From the IMG/VR virus record IMGVR_UViG_3300032722_000020, positions 1-61,263 of that record: DNA of 61,263 nt. One strand, given 5' to 3'. Under the pieces are notes generated by a model that was given only the letters and a program-made list of their open reading frames with translations, did not search any database and was not told the DNA's origin. Source of the DNA: a virus (taxonomy: Duplodnaviria; Caudoviricetes). The translations under genes were made by a program, and so were the position numbers. Positions 18,490-29,100 of this stretch are shown piece after piece; position 1 is the first letter of the stretch, and every line of letters starts with the position of its first letter.

Positions 18490-20765
18490 TTGTCACCCTT
18501 GGCGGCAGCAGCACGCCCTATGAGCAAATGCTGGCGCGCAGCGTCACGCAAGCGAAGGCGGCTGGCGTCGCAATTCAGCGGGAATATGAGCGGACACAGG
18601 CGATTATCGGACGGCGCATTTCTCCAATTCAGAGCATGGAAGCGATGAATCCGGCTTCCACGCTCATCAACAAGCAGGCAATCACTTCCGCCGAGCAGGA
18701 TTATGTGGCGTTCTGGGAAACGACGCTCGCCGCGAAGGCGGCGGCGGACGCGGAGCAGGTAGCCATGAATCAGGCGAAGTTGGAAACCATCGTGGCGCAA
18801 GAGAAGGCGGCGGGCGTGGAATACGAAAGCGACCGAGCCGCGCAACTGGCCGCCGAGGACATTCTTTATCACGAAGAAGTCGCCGCGAAGGCGGCGGCGG
18901 ACACTCAAAAATCACTCTACAACGCGATTGCGCTGGCTAAGATTGAAAAACAGGAAGCTGATGCCCTTGCTGCAAAAAAACTGATGGACGAGGAAATGGT
19001 GGCATCCAACCGGGCTGCAAATCTCGCCATGCTCGCCGATTCCGCCAAGGGCAACTTCGGACAAGGCATTCACGGCACTGGCGCGGGCGGCGGCATTTCA
19101 GGCATCATGCGGGAAACGCTGGTCATTTTTCGTGAAATCGGTCGCGGTAACATGACGCGCGTGCCCGGCTCGCTGCTTTTGTTGCTTCAATACACCGGGA
19201 TGTTGAACCTGATGATGAAGGGCGAGAAAACGGAAGCGTTACTCGCGGCGGCAGCGCAGGAAAAACTCGCCAAAAGCACGGCACGGGCGGCGCTGGCGGC
19301 GGAAGCCAAGGTTCGCGCCGCCAAGATTGCCGCCGGGATGGATGTCCGCAGCCCAGAGCTTCAAACTGCGGAAGCAGAGGCGGCAGACGCCACCGCCGCC
19401 GCACAGGCGCGGCGGGCAGAGGCTACCACCGTGGCTGCAAACTCTGATGCGCTTTCAAAAGAAGCCGCCATCGCAAACGTTACGGCACTTGAAGCCGAGC
19501 GTGACGCCGCCATCAAAGATGGTGTTGCACAAACCTTACGGGCGCGCGAAACCGCCGCCGCCGCCGCCACAATTCAAGCGTCTGCCGCAACCACAATCTC
19601 CGCGATTGGATTGATGCTCTTGCCCATCGCTTTGTTGGTTGCTGGAATTGTGGCGTGGTATATCGCCATCGATCATTTGATTTCGATTCTGCACGCAAAA
19701 AGAGAGGAATTGGAATATGCGATGGAGGCGCAGGACAGATACTCAATGTCTTTGGCTGAACAAATTTCAGCCGAGGAGCGTTTGGCAGAGGCGATTGACA
19801 AGACAACCGACGCCCTGCGGAAAATGAACGAGGCTAAAAACCAGTCGGTTGAAATTACGCAGGATGCCATTGAAGCGGCCAATGCCGAGGCCGACGCGCG
19901 AGCAAAACTTTACGAAGCCGCCACGAAGGGGAAACTTCTGGACATCGAAATTGCGGAAAAGACCGGAAGAATAACGCACGCGGAAGCGGTAAAACAAAAA
20001 GCGGCGGTGGAATCGCAGGCGGTGGCTGACAAGGCGGCGGCGCAGCAAAAAAAGCTGGATAATGAAGCCTCCATAGCCAATGCCGCTGCAAAAAAAGCCG
20101 CTGCCGACAAAACCGCCGCGCAAGCCGCGTTTCAGGCACAGAGTGACGCCAATAATAAAAGCCCGGAAGCTCTTGACCGCAAAAAAAAGCTGGAAGAAGC
20201 GGAGAAAATCAAAAAAACGGCGGCGGAAGATGCTGCCGACGCCAGAAAGGAAATTGCCAAGGCGGTTGGCAGCGGCGCGAAAAAGAAAGACATTGACGCG
20301 CTTAAAAATGAAGAGCGCGCGGCGGAAGATGCCGAAAAGAATGCGGAAAAACTGATTGTAAAATTAAAGGCCGCGATGAAGCCTGGCGAGATCGCCCAAG
20401 AAAACGCGCAGCGTGTGGCGGAAGAAGCTACAAGTGCCGCCACCGCCCTTGCCGAAAAAGCCAAAAAAGCGACAACTGCCGCCACTACCAATGCCGCCAA
20501 TTCGCCCGCCGAAGTTGCGGCAGAGCAGGCAAACATTGCCAAGCAAGCGGCATTAGACGAAGCCGAAGAACCGGAAAAAAAGGCGGGCGGATTCAGATCT
20601 GCGAACAATGTCACCGAGCGCGAGCGCATCGGCCTTGGCGCGGCGTCGAGCGTTCAGGTGTCCATCTTGGACTTCACCAAGAAAATTGAGGAACACACGC
20701 GCGATTCCAAGGCGGTGTTGAACTTCATCCACACCCACATGAAAGAAAACGAAGGGAGCTTTTAA
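18477..20765 (+). CDS. Tape measure protein
   Basis: 762 aa, Ala/Glu/Lys-rich helical, central hydrophobic segment, canonical position. Confidence 0.8.
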   Translation: MPGLIVTLGGSSTPYEQMLARSVTQAKAAGVAIQREYERTQAIIGRRISPIQSMEAMNPASTLINKQAITSAEQDYVAFWETTLAAKAAADAEQVAMNQAKLETIVAQEKAAGVEYESDRAAQLAAEDILYHEEVAAKAAADTQKSLYNAIALAKIEKQEADALAAKKLMDEEMVASNRAANLAMLADSAKGNFGQGIHGTGAGGGISGIMRETLVIFREIGRGNMTRVPGSLLLLLQYTGMLNLMMKGEKTEALLAAAAQEKLAKSTARAALAAEAKVRAAKIAAGMDVRSPELQTAEAEAADATAAAQARRAEATTVAANSDALSKEAAIANVTALEAERDAAIKDGVAQTLRARETAAAAATIQASAATTISAIGLMLLPIALLVAGIVAWYIAIDHLISILHAKREELEYAMEAQDRYSMSLAEQISAEERLAEAIDKTTDALRKMNEAKNQSVEITQDAIEAANAEADARAKLYEAATKGKLLDIEIAEKTGRITHAEAVKQKAAVESQAVADKAAAQQKKLDNEASIANAAAKKAAADKTAAQAAFQAQSDANNKSPEALDRKKKLEEAEKIKKTAAEDAADARKEIAKAVGSGAKKKDIDALKNEERAAEDAEKNAEKLIVKLKAAMKPGEIAQENAQRVAEEATSAATALAEKAKKATTAATTNAANSPAEVAAEQANIAKQAALDEAEEPEKKAGGFRSANNVTERERIGLGAASSVQVSILDFTKKIEEHTRDSKAVLNFIHTHMKENEGSF

Positions 20766-20767
20766 TT

Positions 20768-21727
20768 ATGGGCAATCCTATTATTGTCGGAAATCCTTCA
20801 CCGCTCATGCAAAAATGGTCGGTGAAGTGGTCGCCCACGACCGGCGGCGATTTCAGCGAGAACCTTGTCGGAACGGACATCAATCAGATGCTAAATCTGG
20901 CCGGAGCAAACGCCGCCGCAGGGTTGAATGTGGATGTTTCGTTTTCCAAAAACGTCGCGGAACTCACCATCAATTCCACCGACCCGACACAGTCCGGGTT
21001 TGCGCCCGTTTTCAGCAGTATCACGGACAAATGGGAAGTCGGCGTTGACCAAGAAAAGCCTGACTTGTTTGAAAACTCGAATTTCCTTTCTTTGTTCAAG
21101 ACCGTAAATGCGTCCTACGGCACGAATGTTGACCAGCAGTTTTTTCAGTTGTTTAAGAAAATTTCCAGTGATTCAGGCTCGGCCAACTCTTATTGGGGAG
21201 ATTTCTGCGATGCGCTTCCGCAAACCGATTTGATTTCAAACACGGGCACGGTCATTCCGCCATTTGATCCCGGCACTTACGATTCAGCTATGGACGAGGC
21301 GTTTTTCAACCTAGACAACCCGCTATGGTCAGGATTGACGGCATCGGCGGCGTTAAAATTCTTCTTTGATGAATACGCACGCGGGCGCACGAACTACGCG
21401 CACGGGAAATACGTCTTGAAACACACCACCATCGCGCCGCAGACCTATCAGGCGAACGTGACCGATTTCAACGTGGAGAAAATCTATTCCATACCGCAAC
21501 TGTTGAGCGAGGCGCAAAGCTCTACGCTTTGGATTCTGCCGCTGCCCGGCTATCTGGCCTACAAGATTCTGGCCTACCCTGTGCCGGTGAATATGTCGCC
21601 AAACTACCAATGGGGGGCGTTGAAAATGCGGGCAAACGCTGTCATGTGTGCAAAAGGGAGAATTGAGATTTCACAGGAATACCTGATTGACGCGATTGCC
21701 GTCCCGACATACGGAACCTGGCTGTGA
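20768..21727 (+). CDS. Putative distal tail/hub protein
   Basis: Immediately after the tape measure gene. Confidence 0.5.
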   Translation: MGNPIIVGNPSPLMQKWSVKWSPTTGGDFSENLVGTDINQMLNLAGANAAAGLNVDVSFSKNVAELTINSTDPTQSGFAPVFSSITDKWEVGVDQEKPDLFENSNFLSLFKTVNASYGTNVDQQFFQLFKKISSDSGSANSYWGDFCDALPQTDLISNTGTVIPPFDPGTYDSAMDEAFFNLDNPLWSGLTASAALKFFFDEYARGRTNYAHGKYVLKHTTIAPQTYQANVTDFNVEKIYSIPQLLSEAQSSTLWILPLPGYLAYKILAYPVPVNMSPNYQWGALKMRANAVMCAKGRIEISQEYLIDAIAVPTYGTWL

Positions 21728-22236
21728 AAACTTTTATCCCCAAAAAACCGGTTGGCGATTCCGCGCTGTGGACGTGGCGACGTTGGATTTGGGATTTACT
21801 GGCCGGCGGCAATTTTCCTATCAAGGGCGACGGAAATGTAATCGTCCAATGGCAGCAGGGCGTTTATCGCATTAGTTCAAAACCGATGCCAAACGGCACC
21901 TACACATTCCCTTGGCAATCGCCGAAAGAACTTGATCCCACCGTGGCAGTCAGCAAAGACACCTTTGTTTATATCTCGCCGTTGAATCCGCTGGTGACGA
22001 CTGGCTTGACGGATATTGACTTGGGCGTGCCGGTGAAGGCGTTGCCGGGCATCTGGCAGGCCGCGCAGGATGTTCCAGCGCAGACTTCCGACACGCCGCC
22101 GCAATACAACGTGCCGCAAATTCCTTATCCGGGCGGTGGCAGCGCACCGGTCGGAACGCCGTTGAAAGGCGACCTCGACGGCACGGGAGTTTATTGGATT
22201 CTTTGGTCGCAAGCCCCGATCTGCCCCAACGTCTAA
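21724..22236 (+). CDS. Putative tail tip protein
   Basis: Translationally coupled (GTGA overlap); Pro-rich. Confidence 0.5.
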   Translation: MKTFIPKKPVGDSALWTWRRWIWDLLAGGNFPIKGDGNVIVQWQQGVYRISSKPMPNGTYTFPWQSPKELDPTVAVSKDTFVYISPLNPLVTTGLTDIDLGVPVKALPGIWQAAQDVPAQTSDTPPQYNVPQIPYPGGGSAPVGTPLKGDLDGTGVYWILWSQAPICPNV

Positions 22237-22242
22237 ACTTTT

Positions 22243-22554
22243 ATGTCACAACTCACCTACTACAAATGCGAAGGCTGCGGAGAGATTATCTCTGCCGCAG
22301 ATAACACATGGACTCGCCACCTCGGCTCTTTTTCCGGTATGCCTTCTTTGGCAGCCCCATCGCCGTTTCCGCAAGCGGCAGTTAATGGCGTGCGTCCGGT
22401 CACGATTGACCTGTGCGCCAATTGCGCGGGCAAGACCACGGTGGCGCAACTGGTCGCGATTACGACGGCTTTGACACCCAAATCTGCTACCGTTTCCGCC
22501 AAGCCAGCTAACGCGCCAATAGCTGCACCAACCGTTGCCACCGCCGTCAAGTAA
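22243..22554 (+). CDS. Small Zn-binding protein
   Basis: CEGC ... DLCANC. Confidence 0.6.
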   Translation: MSQLTYYKCEGCGEIISAADNTWTRHLGSFSGMPSLAAPSPFPQAAVNGVRPVTIDLCANCAGKTTVAQLVAITTALTPKSATVSAKPANAPIAAPTVATAVK

Positions 22555-22560
22555 TCGCCT

Positions 22561-25500
22561 ATGAGCGTCGGGGGCGATACCAGACCGTTCCGCGAGAAAT
22601 ATCCGGGCTACGCCACGGTGTTTCCCGGCACGCTTGCGTCCCACTACAAACAAGTTCTTGGCACGGTAAAGAAAAACACCACGCAGCCGAATCAGACCGA
22701 CGCCACGCGGAGTCATTACGGCGAGATTGGTTATTGGGGAATGTTGGCTGGCGAAAGCGGCACAGGCTGTCCCGCCTCGGTTAATTTCTTCACTGATTCC
22801 AACAATTTTCTCGACCCGAATACCGGAAAATCCACGACGCCAGCCGCGCTCCGGTATGTCTATAATTGCGGCAACTGCTACAACGGCATTACCGACCCGA
22901 TACGGTTGCAAGACAACGCCAATACTTTTTCGGCGTGCGATGCGCTGCTGGCGGTGACGGTGACGAATGGCGGCACAGGTTACACTGATGGCGACGTGCT
23001 GACGATTACCGGCGCATATCCAGAGACGATTAACGGGGTGGCGCAAGTGGCGACGTTCCGGCTCAAGGTGACGGCGGGCGTGATTCAAAGTGCCACGGTG
23101 CTTACGGCGGGCTGTTATTCTGGAATTGGTGCAAATGCGCTGACGGCGCAGACCACGGCGACGGGCGGCACCGGCACTGGCGCGACGTTCACTTTCACGC
23201 GCAAGGATGCTCAATACGACTTTGGCCGGTGCAACATTGTTGGTTGGGCGGCAGCGGCAGCGGCGCGGCAATGGCACGGCACTTACGGTTTTCTTGATGC
23301 GTGCTACACCTGCCCAACGGACAACACGCAGGGAAATCCGCCGCAGACGAAGTATCTAAAGATAACTTTCGATGATTGCGAAAATCTTGACCTTACGGGA
23401 TTTGATGTAACAACCGTTCCATTGAGTTTGCCGTCTGACGACACCGGAAATGGTGGAACAGAAAATGGAGGCATAGTATTTGTCAATTCATCGCAATCTT
23501 TTTCTGGTAGTAATTCCGTTAATGAAAATAGTGGGGTTATAAGTTATGGGGTTGAAACTTATTCGCTTTCAGACAGAACGGACATTATTTGTAAGAATGG
23601 GATTCAGCTTTGGTATGATAGCCCACCAAATGTTGACGGCACATTTAAGCTGGATGGTAGTGGAAATACAGTGGCTGGCGATGGTTCCGATTCTCCGAAT
23701 TATCCTAATCCTTTTTGCAATACATATGTAAACTCTTCCAGTTGGGAGGTATATGCTGATGGAGTTTTGATTGATTCTGGAACAACAACTCCGTCTCTGG
23801 ATGCTGCTGATTATGACAACTATCAAAAAGAACATCCCGACTCAAACATCCTAGTTTCAATTCAAATAAGCAATTACACGCTAAACAACACTTATTTTGA
23901 ATGGAGTGAACTGAATTGCTATTATATGGCTTATGCTCCAGCAGATGATTTAAAGCCGTCTAGGTGGTCTGAATGCGACAACAGAATTTCCAAGGGCACC
24001 ATCACCCTTTCCGAACCGAATACGCCAACCGATGTCATTGCGGATTCAAACGAAAATCTCCTTTCTCCGTGGGTGTTGGTTGACCCTGTGCTGATGCCGC
24101 TGACGACGCAGCCTTTCGACGGCACGGTGGTCAAAGTTTCGCGGAATGAAGTTGGCACGAATGTCTCGCCAGCGAATTATGTGCCGCTGTGGATTGCGGG
24201 CGTTCCTCTCGTTGGTGGATTGCCACAAGTCTATGTTGACCCCAACCTCGCCGCGCTGACCGCTGGCGGCTTGACCGCAGGGCAAATTCTAGGCTTGCCG
24301 CTGGATAAAACCATTGGCGGCGATTACCCGCTGGATTATTTCATGCCGGATTACATTCGCTATATCTGCGAAGATTGTTCCGGTGGTGGAACTTCATCTT
24401 GGGACGAATACACTATTGGCGATTGGCGTAGTAACCACGCAAATTTGCCACCTCGCGCAACGCAGTGGACAAACACGCAAGAAGCGTTATTCATCAATAC
24501 TGGCCGAAAGCAATTTATCGGGGGTTGGGTTGGAACGGAAACCGGCGACGACAACATTTGCACGACCAACGCATCGGATAAAATCTGGTCAACCAAATGG
24601 ATTGAAACGAGCGTGCGCTTGCCGAGCGTGAATCATGCACGGCCATTTGGTCTTGACCGTTACACGCTCGATGCCACCAAACGGGCGTGTGTGGATTCCT
24701 TTGACGGCACTACCTTGACGACGCTGGGCAGTGAACCAACCTTTACCGCTGGCGATTTTCTGGCTTGCGTCGGCACGGACGCAGACGGGCTTTATACCTT
24801 CGACAGCATGAGTGGCACGGATTATTTGCTCACCTTTGTCAGCGCATTGCCCGACAACTTCCCGCCGTTGCCAACTGGCGACGTGAACGGGATTGTTGCC
24901 AAGATAAATTGGGATCATGTCCCTCCGATGGCCGGACGGTTACACATCATTTCCATTGCCGATAACGGTGACGGCACGGTGACGGTGACGAGTGACCCCA
25001 TGCCGGTGTTGAATAAGGCCGATACGTTGAATCCGCTTTACAACGTGGATTTGAGCGACAAGACGATGACTCCGCTCGCCAAAAATCTGGTTCCGGCGGC
25101 GGAAATTCCTGATAGCAACGGCAACCTGCCCGGTTCGACATCTAGCACGCCCGGCCAGAAACCGCTGGGTGCGCCGGTGGATTACATACCCACGCCGTTG
25201 ACCACCAGCGAGTTTATTTGCACCGCCGATTACGCCACGGTCAAAGATGCCGTGTGGCTGACGCTTTACGGCGCGATCCCAACCGCCGATACCAGCCCCG
25301 CGCCACCGGCAGAAGTCGCGCCGTGGTATTGGAATGATGACAAAGGCAAGGGCAACTATTGGATTGGTCAATGGTTTTACGAGAATCAGGTTTATTCTGA
25401 TGCCGTTGCGGTGGAATATCAGAAGGGCTTTGTCTATTGCTCGCCTTACGCCATTGTGATTTCGCCCAACGCCACTGACACGCCAACCGGCGTCAATTAC

Positions 25501-25899
25501 GCGGGCGTGCGCTATGATTTCTCGACGCCGTTTATCGCCGATGAGTTTTGCGCGTCGGCGCGCTGGATGGACGTTTGCCAGATGATGACTTACCCATATT
25601 GGAAAACTCCGCTTTGCTGTCCGTCGGTGAGTTCGCATCCGGCCAATTCCTATCCTTACGTTGAAGCGAGATTAATCATGCCGGGAGCGCACGCCCAGCC
25701 CGACAACGGCGCGGGCATGACGCAAACCGAGTCAGCCCCTTCCGGCGGCAACCACATCAATTACACGGTGGATTTGTCGGCGGCAACCGGACTGGGCAGC
25801 ACGCCACCGATTGCCAACACCATATTCAGCCAACCGGCTTGCGTGCTTGCGCCAACGGGTGTTTATATCGCGCAACCGGATACCTACTGCTCGCCGTGA
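22561..25899 (+). CDS. Large Cys/Thr/Gly-rich tail or receptor-binding protein
   Basis: 1112 aa; VTNGGTGYTDGDVLTI / GGTGTGATF motifs typical of virion fibres; many CxxC. Confidence 0.7.
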   Translation: MSVGGDTRPFREKYPGYATVFPGTLASHYKQVLGTVKKNTTQPNQTDATRSHYGEIGYWGMLAGESGTGCPASVNFFTDSNNFLDPNTGKSTTPAALRYVYNCGNCYNGITDPIRLQDNANTFSACDALLAVTVTNGGTGYTDGDVLTITGAYPETINGVAQVATFRLKVTAGVIQSATVLTAGCYSGIGANALTAQTTATGGTGTGATFTFTRKDAQYDFGRCNIVGWAAAAAARQWHGTYGFLDACYTCPTDNTQGNPPQTKYLKITFDDCENLDLTGFDVTTVPLSLPSDDTGNGGTENGGIVFVNSSQSFSGSNSVNENSGVISYGVETYSLSDRTDIICKNGIQLWYDSPPNVDGTFKLDGSGNTVAGDGSDSPNYPNPFCNTYVNSSSWEVYADGVLIDSGTTTPSLDAADYDNYQKEHPDSNILVSIQISNYTLNNTYFEWSELNCYYMAYAPADDLKPSRWSECDNRISKGTITLSEPNTPTDVIADSNENLLSPWVLVDPVLMPLTTQPFDGTVVKVSRNEVGTNVSPANYVPLWIAGVPLVGGLPQVYVDPNLAALTAGGLTAGQILGLPLDKTIGGDYPLDYFMPDYIRYICEDCSGGGTSSWDEYTIGDWRSNHANLPPRATQWTNTQEALFINTGRKQFIGGWVGTETGDDNICTTNASDKIWSTKWIETSVRLPSVNHARPFGLDRYTLDATKRACVDSFDGTTLTTLGSEPTFTAGDFLACVGTDADGLYTFDSMSGTDYLLTFVSALPDNFPPLPTGDVNGIVAKINWDHVPPMAGRLHIISIADNGDGTVTVTSDPMPVLNKADTLNPLYNVDLSDKTMTPLAKNLVPAAEIPDSNGNLPGSTSSTPGQKPLGAPVDYIPTPLTTSEFICTADYATVKDAVWLTLYGAIPTADTSPAPPAEVAPWYWNDDKGKGNYWIGQWFYENQVYSDAVAVEYQKGFVYCSPYAIVISPNATDTPTGVNYAGVRYDFSTPFIADEFCASARWMDVCQMMTYPYWKTPLCCPSVSSHPANSYPYVEARLIMPGAHAQPDNGAGMTQTESAPSGGNHINYTVDLSAATGLGSTPPIANTIFSQPACVLAPTGVYIAQPDTYCSP

Positions 25900-26135
25900 T
25901 TTACCGTGGCAACCAAGCTGAAAAAGTGACGGCAGCAACCACGCCGATGACTCCAATTTCGGCGGAAACCATCGCGCGGCGAACGGCGAAGTGTGAACCG
26001 TGTCCATTCAATAACGACTGGCGGAACTGCGAACACAAAGGTTGCAAAACCTGTCCCGGACAGCAATTCAGGGTGGGCGGATTACGCGCCAAGATTGAGC
26101 GTCCGTTTGAAACTTGTCCTGATGGGTTGTGGTAA
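25896..26135 (+). CDS. Small Cys-rich protein
   Basis: CEPC..C...C..C..CPDGLW pattern; GTG start overlapping the upstream stop. Confidence 0.6.
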   Translation: MIYRGNQAEKVTAATTPMTPISAETIARRTAKCEPCPFNNDWRNCEHKGCKTCPGQQFRVGGLRAKIERPFETCPDGLW

Positions 26136-26156
26136 AATTGACTTGCAGTGTCTAGT

Positions 26157-29100
26157 GTGAGACTACGCTATTTCTTTGCCCTCGTCGTCCTAGCCTTCAC
26201 CGCACAGGCAGGGACGGTCACGCCGACTTGGAATTTTCAAGATTATACCGGCGGCGCATACGGTTACAATTCCATCACTATTCAGCCGATGCTGCCCGTT
26301 TCGACCGACGGCGCGCAATACTACTTTGTTGGTGATCCGATTACGAAAAACACATCCGGCGGCAGCTTTACCACGAATCTTTTGAACGGGTATGCCTACA
26401 AAGTGACGTTTGCGGGTAGGTTCTCAAATTACTCGTTGACGAATTACTTTGGCACGAACGTAACCGGATCGGTAAATGCCGCCACCTACACCGCCGTTTC
26501 GACGAATATCACTACTGGATTGTATGCTTACAGCATGGCGGCCGCCGATGCTCGGTTTGCCTATGTCCTTATTGAAGGCACAAACAATTCGCTGGCGAAC
26601 GGCGTGCTGACGGTCAAAACGAATTATTCCAGCGGTGGAGGATCGGGTGATGCGCTGGTTGCTGGCTACGGCTTAAGCCTGACGAACATCGGCGGCACGA
26701 ACAACTTGAGCGTCCAGACAAACTTCTTTGACCTGTATGGCGACTGGTTCAAGGCTGTCACCTACCTAGCCACCACCGGCACAGTGTATCACGCGCAAAA
26801 TTCCGACAACGCGACGATGGCGACCTACGCGACCGGCAGCGGCAGCGCGGCGAGCTACACTGGATCGGTCAACTACAATCAGGTGACGAATCCGCCCGCC
26901 ATACCTTCAACCAACGGCTTTGTAACGGCGACAGTGACGAATGGCTTGGCGAGTATTGGTTACGTCAATAGTGTCAGTAACGTTCTAGCCGCTTCGATTC
27001 CATCAACGAATGGATTTGTGACCGCAGCCATCACCAACGGATTAGCTACCACCGGCTATGTCGCTCAAGCGACGAGCGGGATGGTGACGAACTTACCACC
27101 GTCAAACGGCAGCAATGACCAAGCCTTGTTGAGTGCTGCGGTTTCAGTTCCCAATCGCGTGATTATTCTGTCGCCGCAAACGACCTACTACGCCTCAAAC
27201 TTGTTTATCACCAACCACATTTTCCTCGACCTAAACGGCTCGACCATCGCCATGATGAGCGGCGCGACCAACGCGCTCATTGATACCGGCGACAACAATA
27301 GTGACCAATCCGTTGTCAATGGCACGCTCGACGGCGGGAATACGGGAGATTTCGTTTATGGTTCAACCATTCCGATGCCGATAAATCATCCAGTGTTTCC
27401 GGGCTATGGCAGTTCCATGAGCAATCGTTTTGGCCTGACGTGGAACGCCTCGGCGGGCGGTCAAATCTCGCACCTGTTTATCAAGGGATTCAACGGCATC
27501 GGTCTGGCGGTTCGTTGCTGGCGCGGCACCGAGTCCATGAAATACACCAATTCGACGATTGATAACGTCACCGTGTTCAACAACTTCGCGGGCGTCGTGG
27601 ATAGCGGATACGGCTTCCAATACTACTACAACCAGTTCACTCACGATCCCAATTCTTACGCCTACGACTCCGGCGAATACATCAATTTTCAAGGCTTAAC
27701 TGCCAAGCAAAACGGCATCGGCTTGGCGATTGGCGCGGGCAACGACCGCATCACCGGCGCAATGGTGACAGACAACTACATCGGCATGATTGCTGACGGC
27801 GGGCCAAATGCGGCGCATGGAATATTTTCGGACGTGACGATGAACCACAATGTTTATCCCTTCGCGTTTGCCGGTGCAGGCGAGATTCGTTTCACCGATT
27901 CTTATTTGCAAGTCAACACCTACGCCGGACAGGTTACTTCGGCTTCGGCTTTGGATTTCATTTCATCGGCGATACTTACGGGAATTGTTGTCACGAACAA
28001 AACAGGCGAACCCAATCCTCCGAACCTTGGTATCTATTCCTGTTCCATTGGCGATACCATTACCAACTTGGTGTCAGTGCCCGCGCCGAACGGGACGTGC
28101 TACTTTTACGGGAACCACTACTCGGCATCGGGAGCCATATCGGATGGCACTGATACCAACGGTTGCGGCAAGATTACTTCTGCGGGCGTCACTTATGCGG
28201 GTGGTGGCACCAGCCTGAATACCAACACAGTGGCAGGAATTGTGAGCAATACGGTGACGACGAGCTATGTCGCTGGACTCGGTTATCCAAATCCCACAAA
28301 CTTCAATCATGTGGTTGTTTCAAACAACGCATATTCCGGTGGGGTTACAATGGGAAGTATTTTTGTTAGTAGTTCGCTTTCGAGCAATTACGCGGTTATC
28401 GGAATGGCGTCCGATGGAATGACTCCGATATTTAAGGGCTACAACTTTTCCAGCAACCAAATTTCTCAATGTTACGTTTCCGGTGTTCCACTTGTCTTAA
28501 ATCCAGATAGTTCGCCTGTTGGTGTTGGAAAACTAAATCCGACCAACACGCTGGACGTCGGTGGCACCATCGGCGACCAATACGGACAGTTGCCGCCGTC
28601 AAATTTAATCCAAACCAACTCCAACCAATTCACTTCATGGACGATTGGAAACAACTTGGACGGCGGGATGTTCACGAATCTCACGGCTGGCAACATCGTC
28701 GGGACGGTAGCGAACGCAAATTATGCCAACCAAGCCGGAAACGCTTACTCCGCTGGCATCGCTAACCGAGCGGCTTTTGCTGTAATCGCCACCAACGCGC
28801 CGGATGGCAACGCGATTGCCAGCTTGAACGCCGCGACGAACATTGCCAATGCTGCGGTTGCGCCCTACACCAACCAAGTCACGACAGCGGCAATCACTAA
28901 CGCCAACGGTTTGACCACCAACAGCACGCTCAACGCCGCGCTGATTTCTGGTATTCTACCAATGGGGACTTTGACCACTGACACCGTGACCACCAACGGC
29001 GTGCTTTACTACAAGAACGCGACCACACGCGGCATCACCAACGCCCCGACGCTGAACCTTGCCAACTCGACGAACTACACCGGCGCAATCGCTTTGAGCC

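Noticed and set aside
19300-20560. GCC/GCG-rich repeats in the tape measure and 43027 genes
   Set aside because: Explained by Ala/Glu/Lys coiled-coil coding.
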